From an uncultured Veillonellaceae bacterium (GTDB lineage Bacteria > Bacillota > Negativicutes > JARBTT01), in assembly GCA_963805085.1 (NCBI GenBank), contig CAWDTA010000002.1, positions 1,760,001 through 1,824,000 on the forward strand: 64,000 nt of DNA. Direction: 5' to 3'. The notes under the pieces are model-generated. The model was given only the letters and a program-made list of their open reading frames with translations. It did no database searches and was not told where the DNA came from. Of this stretch, positions 17,786-27,691 are shown piece by piece. Position 1 is the stretch's first letter, and each line of letters begins with the position of its first letter. Position numbers and translations under genes: made by a program.

Positions 17786-18658
17786 ATGGCAACACTAGGA
17801 GAACAATTAACAGCGCCAGAGACTGGGTGGAAAAGAATTGGCGCTTTTGATTCAGTATTTTCATACTCTGGTAATTGGAGAACAGCTACTAGCCCTTTAT
17901 ATTATGAAGGAAGGCAAAATGGTACATGGTCACTAAATGCAAAAATTAGTTTTATTTTTACAGGTACTAAATTACGGATTATCACAGATGCAAATACAGA
18001 TCATTCAAGTAATATAAAAATTACGATAGATGGTCAAAGTGATAATTTTTCTATTTGTAGTTCTGAGTGTCATCAAAGATTGTCTTATGAAAAAACTGGA
18101 TTATCAGCACAAGCTCATACGGTAGAATTAGTGAATTTAGAAAATAAAGGTTTTGGTTTTAGTGGAATAGATGTTGCTGATATAAAAGCACCTACTAGTT
18201 TAACTGCCGCCGCAGATGATTCACAAGTAACATTGTCATGGATTGCAGTAGACGGAGCAACTAGCTACACTGTAAAACGTTCAACCACTTCAGGTGGTAC
18301 ATATACAACGATTGCTAGCAATGTGACTGGTACTAGTTATGTAGATACTAGCGTAACAAACGGTACTACCTATTACTATGTAGTTACTGCTGTAAATGCT
18401 GATGGTGAGAGTAATAATTCAAATGAAGCTACTGCTACGCCAGAAGGTACTGGATTATTACGAATTACCATGAATGATTCTAGTGAGCGTGAGTATCAGG
18501 TGACATCGTCTGAGGCTGATAAGTTTATTGCATGGTGTAATCGTACAGTCGGTACGGGGAATGCGTATTATGTGTTTGATAAGGTTGTTGGTTCACAAAA
18601 TAGCAAAGAGTATTTATTCTTTGAAAAAATCATTAGTTTTGAAGTGTTTAAACTTTAA
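17786..18658 (+). CDS. FN3 domain protein, paralogue of 16713-17585
   Basis: Collinear paralogue; GGAGG RBS before ATG 17786. Confidence 0.85.
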   Translation: MATLGEQLTAPETGWKRIGAFDSVFSYSGNWRTATSPLYYEGRQNGTWSLNAKISFIFTGTKLRIITDANTDHSSNIKITIDGQSDNFSICSSECHQRLSYEKTGLSAQAHTVELVNLENKGFGFSGIDVADIKAPTSLTAAADDSQVTLSWIAVDGATSYTVKRSTTSGGTYTTIASNVTGTSYVDTSVTNGTTYYYVVTAVNADGESNNSNEATATPEGTGLLRITMNDSSEREYQVTSSEADKFIAWCNRTVGTGNAYYVFDKVVGSQNSKEYLFFEKIISFEVFKL

Positions 18659-18684
18659 TAATTAAATTAAAAGGGATCAAATTA

Positions 18685-18710
18685 TGGACTGCTCTTGTCA
18701 AGTAGACAGC
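18685..18710 (+). mobile_element. Isolated IS3-family-like terminal repeat remnant
   Basis: tggactgctcttgtcaagtagaca resembles Firmicute IS3-type ends (from recall, unverified); no transposase nearby. Confidence 0.4.
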
Positions 18711-18762
18711 AAAAGATTGTATTGTTTACAAATTAGTATACATCGAATATAATAAACATATA

Positions 18763-18867
18763 CTAAATAAACCAAAAACGCCCTGTTAGTATCAGGACGT
18801 TTCGGTTGAGTAAGTGAGGTTGTTTGCTAGAAATTGTTAGTTTGAATTTGCCAATCTCTAACTGCAC
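18763..18867 (-). CDS. 34-aa small ORF overlapped by a predicted antisense transcript
   Basis: AAGGAGGTGA RBS + GTG: MQLEIGKFKLTISSKQPHLLNRNVLILTGRFWFI; opposing TTTACA-N17-TATAAT at 18725-18753. Confidence 0.5.
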   Translation of the reverse strand: MQLEIGKFKLTISSKQPHLLNRNVLILTGRFWFI

Positions 18868-19004
18868 GGTATCACCTCCTTATTCAGTTTTAACAGGCTA
18901 GTTAGTGCTAGCCTGTTTTCTATTATAATCCAATATTACCAATTTTGACAGCTTGAATTAGGCTGTCTTTTTTCATGTTTAAAAAAAGGGGCTGTGCGTG
19001 TTTT

Positions 19005-19487
19005 TTACGAATATTTTGCGATTTGGGCAAAAGTTGGGCTAACGATACGGATATAATCGTCTAATTTCATAAAAATAGATTTGGTCAGTTCTCCTGCATT
19101 GAAGACGATTTCCTCATTTTGCTTTACGAGGGGATCGACGATGAGGGGAAGCTCTTCGTTGAAGGAGAAAGGTGGAATCGCGCCAATTTCACATTCTGTG
19201 ATTTCTTTAGCAGTTTCTCTTGGGGCAAAAATAACTTTTGGTGCACCTGTGTATGCTTTTAATGCATCTAAATCAAGCATTTTATCGCCGGGGAGGATGG
19301 CTAGATAATACTGCTTTTCTTTTTTGCTCATTTTTGCCATAATCACGATGGCTTTCATTGCTTGACTAGGCTCGTTACCGCGAATTTTAGCGATTTCTTC
19401 GCTGCGCCCTTCGGCTTCGTGTGTACAAAGGCGGTATGTACAATGATTTTCTTCTAAAAATGCAATGATTTTTTCATGAATTGTCAT
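19005..19487 (-). CDS. YbaK/ProX-family aminoacyl-tRNA deacylase
   Basis: QAMKAIV, GAIPPFS, IVFNAG motifs. Confidence 0.9.
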   Translation of the reverse strand: MTIHEKIIAFLEENHCTYRLCTHEAEGRSEEIAKIRGNEPSQAMKAIVIMAKMSKKEKQYYLAILPGDKMLDLDALKAYTGAPKVIFAPRETAKEITECEIGAIPPFSFNEELPLIVDPLVKQNEEIVFNAGELTKSIFMKLDDYIRIVSPTFAQIAKYS

Positions 19488-19638
19488 GGTTAAGCTCCTT
19501 TAGATAAGATAACAAGATTATTTTATTCCCTTCTTGCGTTAGATGCAAGGTGAACGATATTCTTGTATAATAAGAACTAATGTAGTTGTTAAGTAATATA
19601 GCATGTATGTAATTTACGAGATTTGGAGTGTTGAATAG

Positions 19639-19995
19639 ATGGAAAAAGGAAAAGTGTTGCAGAGTTTATTGGGTTTATTATTGGTTGGTATTGCAGTGTT
19701 TGCTAGTATGTCGTATATCAAGAGTTTTCATGAGAAAAACGCACTGCCTGGAACGGTGACGGAGATGAAGCAAAATGAGGTCGTGGTTGAAGAGAAAAAA
19801 GCAATCACGCAGCAGCAAAAGGCAGAACAGGTGGAAATCAAATATTATGTGACGGCAAATGATACCTTGGCGAAGATTAGTCAACGGATGTATGGGACGG
19901 AGGCGTATACAGAGAAAATTGCGCAATATAACAAAATAAGTGATGTGAATATGATTCATTCTGGGGATGTTTTATTGATTCCTATAGAAGAATAA
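19639..19995 (+). CDS. Membrane-anchored LysM protein
   Basis: N-terminal TM; YYVTANDTLAKISQRMYG...IAQYNKISDVNMIHSGDVLLIP. Confidence 0.88.
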   Translation: MEKGKVLQSLLGLLLVGIAVFASMSYIKSFHEKNALPGTVTEMKQNEVVVEEKKAITQQQKAEQVEIKYYVTANDTLAKISQRMYGTEAYTEKIAQYNKISDVNMIHSGDVLLIPIEE

Positions 19996-20003
19996 GTAGA
20001 ATA

Positions 20004-20186
20004 GCAGCATGCTTTGCAATGAAAAATGACAAGTCGGCAAAAGGTGAATTCGAAGGTCATACAAATCCCAAAAAACGCAATGCAGGCTCAAACTTCCTAG
20101 GTCAAACCATGAGCCAGCAAAGTTATGTAATGGTAAGATTCATCTATATTGCCTTTGTTGAATGATTTTCTTTTGCAAATCATTGC
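20004..20186 (+). repeat. Repeat family B copy 1 (diverged)
   Basis: caagtcggcaa...gcaatg.aggct.aaact...caaac...agcc..caaag...taagattc.tctat.ttgcc, with terminal IRs. Confidence 0.8.
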
Positions 20187-20301
20187 CTTGAACAATAGCA
20201 TTGCTAAATTATGTTTAAGATGTTATAATTTTCTAATCTTCTAATTTTCTAATCTTATTTTAGGTACTGATTATAAAGAACTAAGGGGAACGATAATTTC
20301 T

Positions 20302-21648
20302 ATGCAGAGTGATATAGGTCATAACAAACAATCAATCATTAAGATGAGTTGGCCGATTTTTATCGAAGTGTTTTTACAAATGCTTGTTGGTAATGTCGAT
20401 CAGTTTATGATTAGCCAATATTCGCAGCCATCAGTGGCGGCGGTTGGTAATGGCAATCAGATCATGAATATCATCATTATCTTACTTACCGTAATGAGTA
20501 CGGCGACTACGATCTTGATTGCGCAATATTTAGGGGCGAAAAATCAGGAGAAGATATCGGAAGTGTGTACGGTGTCGCTCGTGTTCAATGGGCTATTCGG
20601 TTTGGTTTCAAGCGTGCTTCTGATTACCTTTCATCGTCAATTATTTGCTTGGCTGCAAGTGCCGGCAGAAATTATGGACGAAACCAGTATCTTTTTTAGT
20701 ATCATTGCCAGTGGAATCGTAGTGCAGGGGTTATACTTTTCCTTTGTTGCTTCTTTCCGCGGTTATTCTTGGATGAAAACAACGATGGCCGTTTCTAGCG
20801 TGATGAACATTCTTAATATTTTTGGTAACTGGCTCTTGATTTATGGCTTTTGGAATATCCCAGCATTGGGTGTTGCTGGCGTAGCCATTTCCACGACGAT
20901 CAGTAAATGTATTGGCTTGATTATCATTTATTACATATTTAGAAAATATCTTGGTATTAAAATATCTTTGAAGTACTTACGACCCTTCCCTTGGGAATCT
21001 TTAAAAAGAATTTTATATATTGGAATACCCTCGGGTGGTGAGACTTTATCTTATCAATTATCACAGACGACGATTATGAAAATGGTCAATGCATTTGGTT
21101 TGATCGTTATTAATACAAAAGTGTATGTAGCGATTGTAGCAATGTTTGCTTATATTTACGCGTTGGCAATCTCAGCGGCAATGCAGATTGTCGTGGGATA
21201 CCTGATTGGTAGCAATAAATTTGATGAAGTTGGGAAAAAAGTTTGGTATACGATGCGTATTTCGCTATTCGCTTGTACGGGGCTTACTGTGTTGCTTTAT
21301 TTGGGTAGTGATTACGTGCTTGGTATATTTACAACGGATACCGAAGTACTTAAGTTAGGAAAAACGATTTTGTTTATTGAAATCTTCTTGGAAATAGGGC
21401 GGGCAATCAATATTGTTATGGTGAGAGCCTTGCAAGCAGCTGGAGATATCAAGACACCAGTTGCCGTTGGCATTGCTTGCATGTGGAGTATTGCGGTCGG
21501 TCTTTCGTATATCCTTGGTATTGTGATGAAAATGGGACTCGTTGGTATCTGGATTGCAATGGCAACGGATGAATGTGTGCGGGCGATTATTTTTATTTAT
21601 CGCTGGCGCAGTGGAGCATGGAAAAAACGTAAGTTGATTGAGGTCTAA
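20302..21648 (+). CDS. MATE family efflux transporter
   Basis: WPIFIEVFLQMLVGNVDQFMIS, PALGVAGVAIST, GLVGIWIAM; ~12 TM. Confidence 0.93.
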   Translation: MQSDIGHNKQSIIKMSWPIFIEVFLQMLVGNVDQFMISQYSQPSVAAVGNGNQIMNIIIILLTVMSTATTILIAQYLGAKNQEKISEVCTVSLVFNGLFGLVSSVLLITFHRQLFAWLQVPAEIMDETSIFFSIIASGIVVQGLYFSFVASFRGYSWMKTTMAVSSVMNILNIFGNWLLIYGFWNIPALGVAGVAISTTISKCIGLIIIYYIFRKYLGIKISLKYLRPFPWESLKRILYIGIPSGGETLSYQLSQTTIMKMVNAFGLIVINTKVYVAIVAMFAYIYALAISAAMQIVVGYLIGSNKFDEVGKKVWYTMRISLFACTGLTVLLYLGSDYVLGIFTTDTEVLKLGKTILFIEIFLEIGRAINIVMVRALQAAGDIKTPVAVGIACMWSIAVGLSYILGIVMKMGLVGIWIAMATDECVRAIIFIYRWRSGAWKKRKLIEV

Positions 21649-21702
21649 ATAAATAGTAAAAAGAATCCTATCGTAGTAAAACGATAGGATTCTTTTTTAT
21701 AT

Positions 21703-22845
21703 TTATTTCAAATTGTGAACAATATAATCAATTGTTTTCATTTGTAATTTTAGGCGGGGCTCTACAGATTTTGTATCAAGCCATTCTTTCGTGCTATGTC
21801 CGCCTGCACCGATTGGTCCCATACCGTCTACTGTTGGTAGACCAAGGGCAGCAGTAAAGTTACCGTCAGAACCGCCGCCAGTTTCTACCCAATTGAAGTC
21901 AATGTTTAACTCTTTACCAAATTCCGAGATGGTATCGCAAAGAGCTAAAGTTTCTTTGCTAGGCAGCATCACTGGACGATTGATTCCGCCTTCATAAGTA
22001 ACTTTTGCACCACCAGCAGTAAAAGATTGCTTAGTAAGTGCTTGAATAGCGGCTTCGATACGTGCAGCTTCTTCCAAGGTTCTAAAGCGTACATCTACTT
22101 CAGCCGTTGCATAATCAGTAACCACATTGACTGCACTGCCACCGTGAACAATGCCGACATTGACTGATGTACCGTTGATGTAGTTGCTCAATTGATGCAA
22201 CTTAATAATCCAGTGTGCTAGTTCGTTGAGTGCGCTAGAGCCATCTTGGGGATTGACACCAGCGTGTGCTGCAACTCCTGTCGCCGTTAATTTGTAATGG
22301 CCAACGCCACTGCGTAGTTTTACCATATCACCATTTTTTCGTGCGGCTTCAATAACAAGTGTATATTTACATTTTTTAGCGATTTCCTCAATGAGTGAAC
22401 GTGAATAGATCGAGCTGATTTCTTCATCGCTATTGAGTAAGAAACAAATTCGTGTATGATTTAGCTTATTTGCAGCTTGAAGTTCCAGTAAAGCGTAATA
22501 AGAAAGTAAAATACAGCCTTTCATATCGCTGACGCCAACGCCAGTAACAATGCCAGTCTCGTCTATTTTATAAGGCCTTTGTGCAGCAGTTCCTTTAGGA
22601 AATACAGTATCCATATGTCCAAGTAATAATAGTTCATATGCGTCATCAGGACAATTGGTGATTTTTAAACAAGGGCCAACTGCGTCACCGACTCCGATTT
22701 TTTCAACATGCCAACCGGCTGCTCGAAATTTTTCACTGAAAAATTCGGCGACTTTTGCTGTTCCGGCGGGGGTGTAACTGCCATTGTCAAAATTGACAAG
22801 ATATTTTAAATCGTTAAGATAATCATCTAAATTGAAAATTTTCAT
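21703..22845 (-). CDS. M20 metallopeptidase (glutamate carboxypeptidase-like)
   Basis: GHMDTVF, DMKG, DEE, GGSDGN, HS motifs. Confidence 0.9.
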   Translation of the reverse strand: MKIFNLDDYLNDLKYLVNFDNGSYTPAGTAKVAEFFSEKFRAAGWHVEKIGVGDAVGPCLKITNCPDDAYELLLLGHMDTVFPKGTAAQRPYKIDETGIVTGVGVSDMKGCILLSYYALLELQAANKLNHTRICFLLNSDEEISSIYSRSLIEEIAKKCKYTLVIEAARKNGDMVKLRSGVGHYKLTATGVAAHAGVNPQDGSSALNELAHWIIKLHQLSNYINGTSVNVGIVHGGSAVNVVTDYATAEVDVRFRTLEEAARIEAAIQALTKQSFTAGGAKVTYEGGINRPVMLPSKETLALCDTISEFGKELNIDFNWVETGGGSDGNFTAALGLPTVDGMGPIGAGGHSTKEWLDTKSVEPRLKLQMKTIDYIVHNLK

Positions 22846-22887
22846 AATATGGGATCCTTTCGTTTATAGATAAGAATTTGATTGATA

Positions 22888-23337
22888 CTATGCGAGAAAA
22901 CGCATAACCAGCATAGAAAGTGCAGCATTTAGTATGCAAATGCCAAGCAAGATCGGGTAGTGACGACTTGGAATGCCTGCTGTACCGAGTAAGCGTCCCA
23001 TGTATTGTACTTGCGCGCCCATAAGAAAAATTGCTGGGATTAAGATGGTCACGTGTTCTTTGGTCAGAATACCTTCATTGAAAAGACTTGCACAGGCACC
23101 AACACCGCCGCCCATAGCAAGCCATGCGCTTAGAAGAACGGTAATACCTTCGCCTGGCAATCCAAAAATCGCCATAATCGGAGCGAAGACTTTGCCGAGA
23201 AATGCAAGTAAGCCAGTGATTTTTAATATTTCAATAAATACAAAAGCCATTACTAGATTTGGAATGATACTATTGAGATTAATGTGAAGACCTTTTTTAG
23301 CACCCTCAACAAATATATCAATTAAAGATTTGTTCAT
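22888..23337 (-). CDS. yjiG: YjiG-family membrane protein
   Basis: DIFVEGAKKG...PNLVMAF...GLPGE...QYMGR. Confidence 0.8.
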   Translation of the reverse strand: MNKSLIDIFVEGAKKGLHINLNSIIPNLVMAFVFIEILKITGLLAFLGKVFAPIMAIFGLPGEGITVLLSAWLAMGGGVGACASLFNEGILTKEHVTILIPAIFLMGAQVQYMGRLLGTAGIPSRHYPILLGICILNAALSMLVMRFLA

Positions 23338-24005
23338 TATTTTACTTCCTCCTCGTTAAAGCGTTTCAGATAAAGACGCATGAGATTGGCGCCAAATATT
23401 TTAAACGCAAATAATACAATAAGTGGTAGAATGATTGGAACAGTCAAGGATGCAAATAATGCAGAACCTGTTGCCAGATAATTGGTGATTGTGCCTCCAG
23501 CGCTGAACTGGAACTGACAGAAAATCAAGCGTTCTTTATCGGTCATCTGATTTTCTTCGCGCAGTGATTTTGTCATTCCAGCACCAGCATCGGTACTTTG
23601 TAAACTAGAGATCAGTGCAAGGCCAGTAATGCCTGGAATGCCAAGCAGTGGGCGAAGAATTGGAGTCAGCAATTTTTGAGCGGCTTTTAATCCCTGGAGA
23701 TTCGTTACTACTTCAACAACTCCGAGTGCGAGCATGACGCTTGGCGCTAGGCTGAGGGCAAATAAGAAACCGTCGCGTGCGCCAAGACCTGCTTGTCCAG
23801 TAAATATAGTAGTAGCACCGTTTGTCCCTTGTACAGAACCAAATTTACCGAGAAGGGCACTGAAATCAAGTGCTTTTAATCCACCACTTACGTTATTGAA
23901 TATACCAGAGAAAAAAAGAATGGCAAAAATAAGTGCGACAAATCCATACCAAGGTACCGTCAGTTTTGTAGGTTCTGTTGGACTATGCTGTTTGTTTTCT
24001 TCCAT
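23337..24005 (-). CDS. yjiH: YjiH-family nucleoside-recognition (gate) membrane protein
   Basis: GARDGFLFALSLAP, LLTPILRPLLGIPG, SLQSTDAGA. Confidence 0.8.
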   Translation of the reverse strand: MEENKQHSPTEPTKLTVPWYGFVALIFAILFFSGIFNNVSGGLKALDFSALLGKFGSVQGTNGATTIFTGQAGLGARDGFLFALSLAPSVMLALGVVEVVTNLQGLKAAQKLLTPILRPLLGIPGITGLALISSLQSTDAGAGMTKSLREENQMTDKERLIFCQFQFSAGGTITNYLATGSALFASLTVPIILPLIVLFAFKIFGANLMRLYLKRFNEEEVK

Positions 24006-24067
24006 AGAAAATCTCCCCTTTTCATTTTATACAAGATTGGACAATCTTATAGTTGTTTAAATATATA

Positions 24068-24084
24068 TGCAAGTTATGTGCCAA
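24068..24084 (-). promoter_or_regulatory. Sigma-54 -24/-12 promoter for yjiH-yjiG-M20
   Basis: Minus strand TTGGCACATAACTTGCA matches TGGCAC-N5-TTGC; divergent bEBP adjacent. Confidence 0.9.
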
Positions 24085-24245
24085 TAAGCAAAATTTATTA
24101 TATATTTCTAAAAAATGCAGAAATAAAAGCTTTTTGTGTCGAATGGAAATTTACATAGGTAGGCAAAACGGTAAAGTTTATGTTAAAATGGTTTAAAATA
24201 TAATAAAACATATAACCAATTTAACCATATCGTATGTGAAAGTGG

Positions 24246-26276
24246 GTGATTTTTATGGGAAAACCACGCGTTGCTATTGTGCTATTGCGTAAGAGATTTC
24301 ATTTTGTTTATCAATTACAGTCCTTGCTTGGTGAATATATTGATTTTATCAGCTATTCTATCGAAGAGGGCATTAATTCTTATATCAATTGTGATCTGGC
24401 ACTTGTACCTTCACAAGAAGTTGCTGGAATTGTCAAAAAATATCTTATGCCGCAGACAGAACTTTTGGTTGTACGGCGCACGATTTCTAAAAATGCATGG
24501 ATCAAGATTAGTCAGATACCTCCAAACACAAAAGTGTTAGTCGTTAACACTTATTGGGAGATGTCGATTCAAACGATTGCCGTATTGTATGAATTGGGAC
24601 TTTATCAGTTAGAACTTATTCCGTTTAATAATAATCAGCCAGAGAATTATCAAGAAATTCGCTACGCCATTACACCAAATGAACGAGAAAGTGTACCAAA
24701 GTATATTGAACATACGATTGATATTGGGACGCGGTTAGTTGATGTTTCTACGATCTTTGATATTCTACATAAGCTCAATCTGGTAAATCAGGTGACAAAG
24801 CAGTTGCTTTACTCGCATATGAAAGAAATGGTTCCTGTTAGTCCAGGTTTTGTAAATTTGTTTTATCGTTTTTATGATACGAAGGAAGATTTTGAACAGT
24901 TGCTTGATATGATTGATTATGTTGTTTTGACGTTTGATGTAGATCGGCGTGTAAAAATTTATAATCAGCATGCGGTCAGATTTTTTCGTCAGATACCACG
25001 TTTGTTGGATCAACCGTTGGAAAATCTATTCACAGAGAGTTCAGCCAAGGAAATTTGTGAAGTGGATGAATTGAAAGATGCTGTATTTTCCTTATATGGT
25101 ATTTATTACGTGATCAATAAATCGCCGATTTTGAAAAACGGGCAAAGCAGCGGAGGAATTTTGACGATTCGTCAGTGTGAAAGTATTCAAAATCAGAATA
25201 TAAAAATCCATGAGGCAATGGCAGGTAAAGGTCATATTGCAAAATATACCTTTTCGAATATTCTCGGAAATCATCAAGCCATTCGTAAAGCAATTTTTTT
25301 GGCGCAGAAAGCCGCAGGTACAGATAGTGACATTATAATAGAAGCGGAAAGTGGCACGGGTAAAGAACTTTTTGCACAGGCGATTCACAATTATTCTGGA
25401 CGTTGCAAGGGGCCTTTTGTCGCTTTTAACTGCGCTGCGTTGAGTGGCTCGTTGCTGGAAAGCGAATTGTTTGGTTATGAAGAGGGGGCTTTTACAGGTG
25501 CGAGTCGGCGCGGTAAACAGGGTTTATTTGAAATGGCGACTAAAGGAACGATTTTTCTTGATGAAATATCGGAAATTTCTATAGAAACTCAAGTGAAATT
25601 ACTCCGTGTTGTACAAGAACGAGAGCTCATACGTGTTGGCGGAACAAAAATTATTCCGATAGATATCCGTGTTATTGCGGCAACAAATCAAAATCTATAC
25701 CAAATGGTGGAAAATAAAAAATTCCGTATGGATTTATATTTTCGCTTAAATGTATTTAATTTGCGGATTCCGCCACTGCGGGAACGAAAATCGGATATTT
25801 CCTATTTAATTAAGCGGTTTTTAGATGAAAAGAAGGTTAAAGTAGATTTTCCACAGGAAACAATGCAGGTACTATTTGAACATCAATGGGCTGGAAATAT
25901 TCGCGAATTGCGCAACTGTATTGAGTATATGGTTAGTATGGGGGAAGGATTTGGGGTGGAAAATTTACCTGTACATATTTTAAATCACTTCCATCTGCGT
26001 CAAGAGAAAGAAGAAAAAGACTTAGAAAAAATTGGTCAAATGGTTGAAATACGAGCGATTTTAAAGATTCTTTATGAAGCTGACAAAGATCAGAGGTATA
26101 TTGGACGTAAGGAGCTTGCGGATAAATTACTGGAACAAAATATCTTTCTTAGTGAGCAAAGTGTTCGTCCGATTCTCCAAAAACTCAGTGAGCGAGGATT
26201 GGTATGTATAAAACAAGGGCGTGCTGGCACGAAAATCACAGAACGAGGAAAAGTACGTTTGACCAGTGAATTTTGA
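24246..26276 (+). CDS. Sigma-54-dependent transcriptional activator (PAS-like, AAA+, C-terminal wHTH)
   Basis: ESGTGKE, ESELFGYEEGAFTGA, FLDEI, GNIREL. Confidence 0.95.
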   Translation: MIFMGKPRVAIVLLRKRFHFVYQLQSLLGEYIDFISYSIEEGINSYINCDLALVPSQEVAGIVKKYLMPQTELLVVRRTISKNAWIKISQIPPNTKVLVVNTYWEMSIQTIAVLYELGLYQLELIPFNNNQPENYQEIRYAITPNERESVPKYIEHTIDIGTRLVDVSTIFDILHKLNLVNQVTKQLLYSHMKEMVPVSPGFVNLFYRFYDTKEDFEQLLDMIDYVVLTFDVDRRVKIYNQHAVRFFRQIPRLLDQPLENLFTESSAKEICEVDELKDAVFSLYGIYYVINKSPILKNGQSSGGILTIRQCESIQNQNIKIHEAMAGKGHIAKYTFSNILGNHQAIRKAIFLAQKAAGTDSDIIIEAESGTGKELFAQAIHNYSGRCKGPFVAFNCAALSGSLLESELFGYEEGAFTGASRRGKQGLFEMATKGTIFLDEISEISIETQVKLLRVVQERELIRVGGTKIIPIDIRVIAATNQNLYQMVENKKFRMDLYFRLNVFNLRIPPLRERKSDISYLIKRFLDEKKVKVDFPQETMQVLFEHQWAGNIRELRNCIEYMVSMGEGFGVENLPVHILNHFHLRQEKEEKDLEKIGQMVEIRAILKILYEADKDQRYIGRKELADKLLEQNIFLSEQSVRPILQKLSERGLVCIKQGRAGTKITERGKVRLTSEF

Positions 26277-26376
26277 ATTTCAAATTTCACTGGTCAATTA
26301 AATATTAAGGGGCTGCATCATTGTTGAATGATGCAGCCCCTTAAGAATTGAGAAATTAATATTCAGATTTTTTTAC

Positions 26377-27609
26377 TTATTCTTTACTGGCTAATTTACA
26401 AATCGCTGTGTAAAGAACCTCAGTTCCAGCGATGATGTCTTTCATTTCCGCGTGTTCAGCGGGATTGTGGCTAATACCATTTTTGCATGGGATAAAAATC
26501 ATGCCAGTAGGTGTAGTATGTGCCCAATGCATTGCATCATGACCAGCGCCACTTGGCATTTGCATATGGGAGTAATTTTTTTCTTTGCAGATTTCATCAA
26601 GGAAGTTGATAACTTCATCTTTTAATCTTACAGGAGTTTCGTTGGTCAGGGTCGTAATATCAGCGGTTAAATTGCGGTTTTCAGTAATGGTTTTGATTTT
26701 AGCCATGACGGCTTTCAAAACTTTAATTTTAGTTTCCATGTAAATACTGCGAATATCTATACCTAGTTCAACCGTACCGGGGACAACGTTCATGACGCCA
26801 GGGTGGGCATGGATAATACCGGTGGTACCGACAACAGGGAATTCTTCAGATGCCTTAGCGAGTCTTTCGACTTGCAAGATGATTTCAGCAGCCGCACAAA
26901 GTGCATCTTGCCTCATGTTCATTGGGGTAGCACCAGAGTGATCCGCTTGCCCGTTGATGATGACTTTCATACGGGTAGGTGCTGCAATACCGGTAACAAT
27001 ACCAAGTTGGGTATTCGTTGCTTCTAGTACTTTACCTTGTTCGATGTGGAGTTCCATAAATGCTTTTAATTCATGAGGATATACTGCTTCTTCTATTTTA
27101 TCAGAATCTAAACCGCGAAGTTTTAAAGTATTGTAAAGAGAATGGCCTTTTTTATCGACTAATTTCTTTAGTGTATGGACATCCATTTTGCCGCACATTG
27201 CCTTACTACCAAGTGTAGCAACGCCAAAACGGCTGGATTCTTCCGACATAAAAACAACAACTTCAATAGGGTGTACATTTACAAAGTTTGCTCCATTTAT
27301 GCAGTTGATTACCTCAATAGCACCAAGAACGCCAACAACACCATCAAAATTACCACCGTTTGGTACACTATCAATATGTGAACCAAGCATAACAACTTTA
27401 GCTTTTGGATCTGTTCCTTCCAGGCGACCAATGACATTGCCAAAATGATCAATACGAATTGCTAGACCAGCTTCCTTCATGAGTTCTATAATAAAATTGC
27501 GAGCTTGCCAATCTTCATCACTAAAGGCAATACGTGTAATACCTTGACCTGGGGCTGTAATTGTACTCATCTTTTCAAAATTAATTGCTAGTCTTTTCTC
27601 AGAGACCAT
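26377..27609 (-). CDS. Zn-dependent hydrolase, N-carbamoyl-L-amino-acid/allantoate amidohydrolase family
   Basis: GSHIDSVPNGGNFDG, EESSRF, ELHIEQG, SGAGHDA, SHNPAE. Confidence 0.92.
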   Translation of the reverse strand: MVSEKRLAINFEKMSTITAPGQGITRIAFSDEDWQARNFIIELMKEAGLAIRIDHFGNVIGRLEGTDPKAKVVMLGSHIDSVPNGGNFDGVVGVLGAIEVINCINGANFVNVHPIEVVVFMSEESSRFGVATLGSKAMCGKMDVHTLKKLVDKKGHSLYNTLKLRGLDSDKIEEAVYPHELKAFMELHIEQGKVLEATNTQLGIVTGIAAPTRMKVIINGQADHSGATPMNMRQDALCAAAEIILQVERLAKASEEFPVVGTTGIIHAHPGVMNVVPGTVELGIDIRSIYMETKIKVLKAVMAKIKTITENRNLTADITTLTNETPVRLKDEVINFLDEICKEKNYSHMQMPSGAGHDAMHWAHTTPTGMIFIPCKNGISHNPAEHAEMKDIIAGTEVLYTAICKLASKE

Positions 27610-27691
27610 GATATCACCATCCTATATGTATTTAATTTAATGGTAAACGTAGAATGGAAATAATGCAACTAATAATAAAAGTCATTTCGTC

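Noticed and set aside
20030-20130. c-di-GMP-I riboswitch (ggcaaa...cgcaa resemblance) upstream of MATE
   Set aside because: No GNRA tetraloop/receptor architecture; the sequence is a copy of dispersed repeat family B.
26259-26344. Two adjacent strong inverted repeats after the sigma-54 activator
   Set aside because: Adequately explained as terminators between convergent genes.
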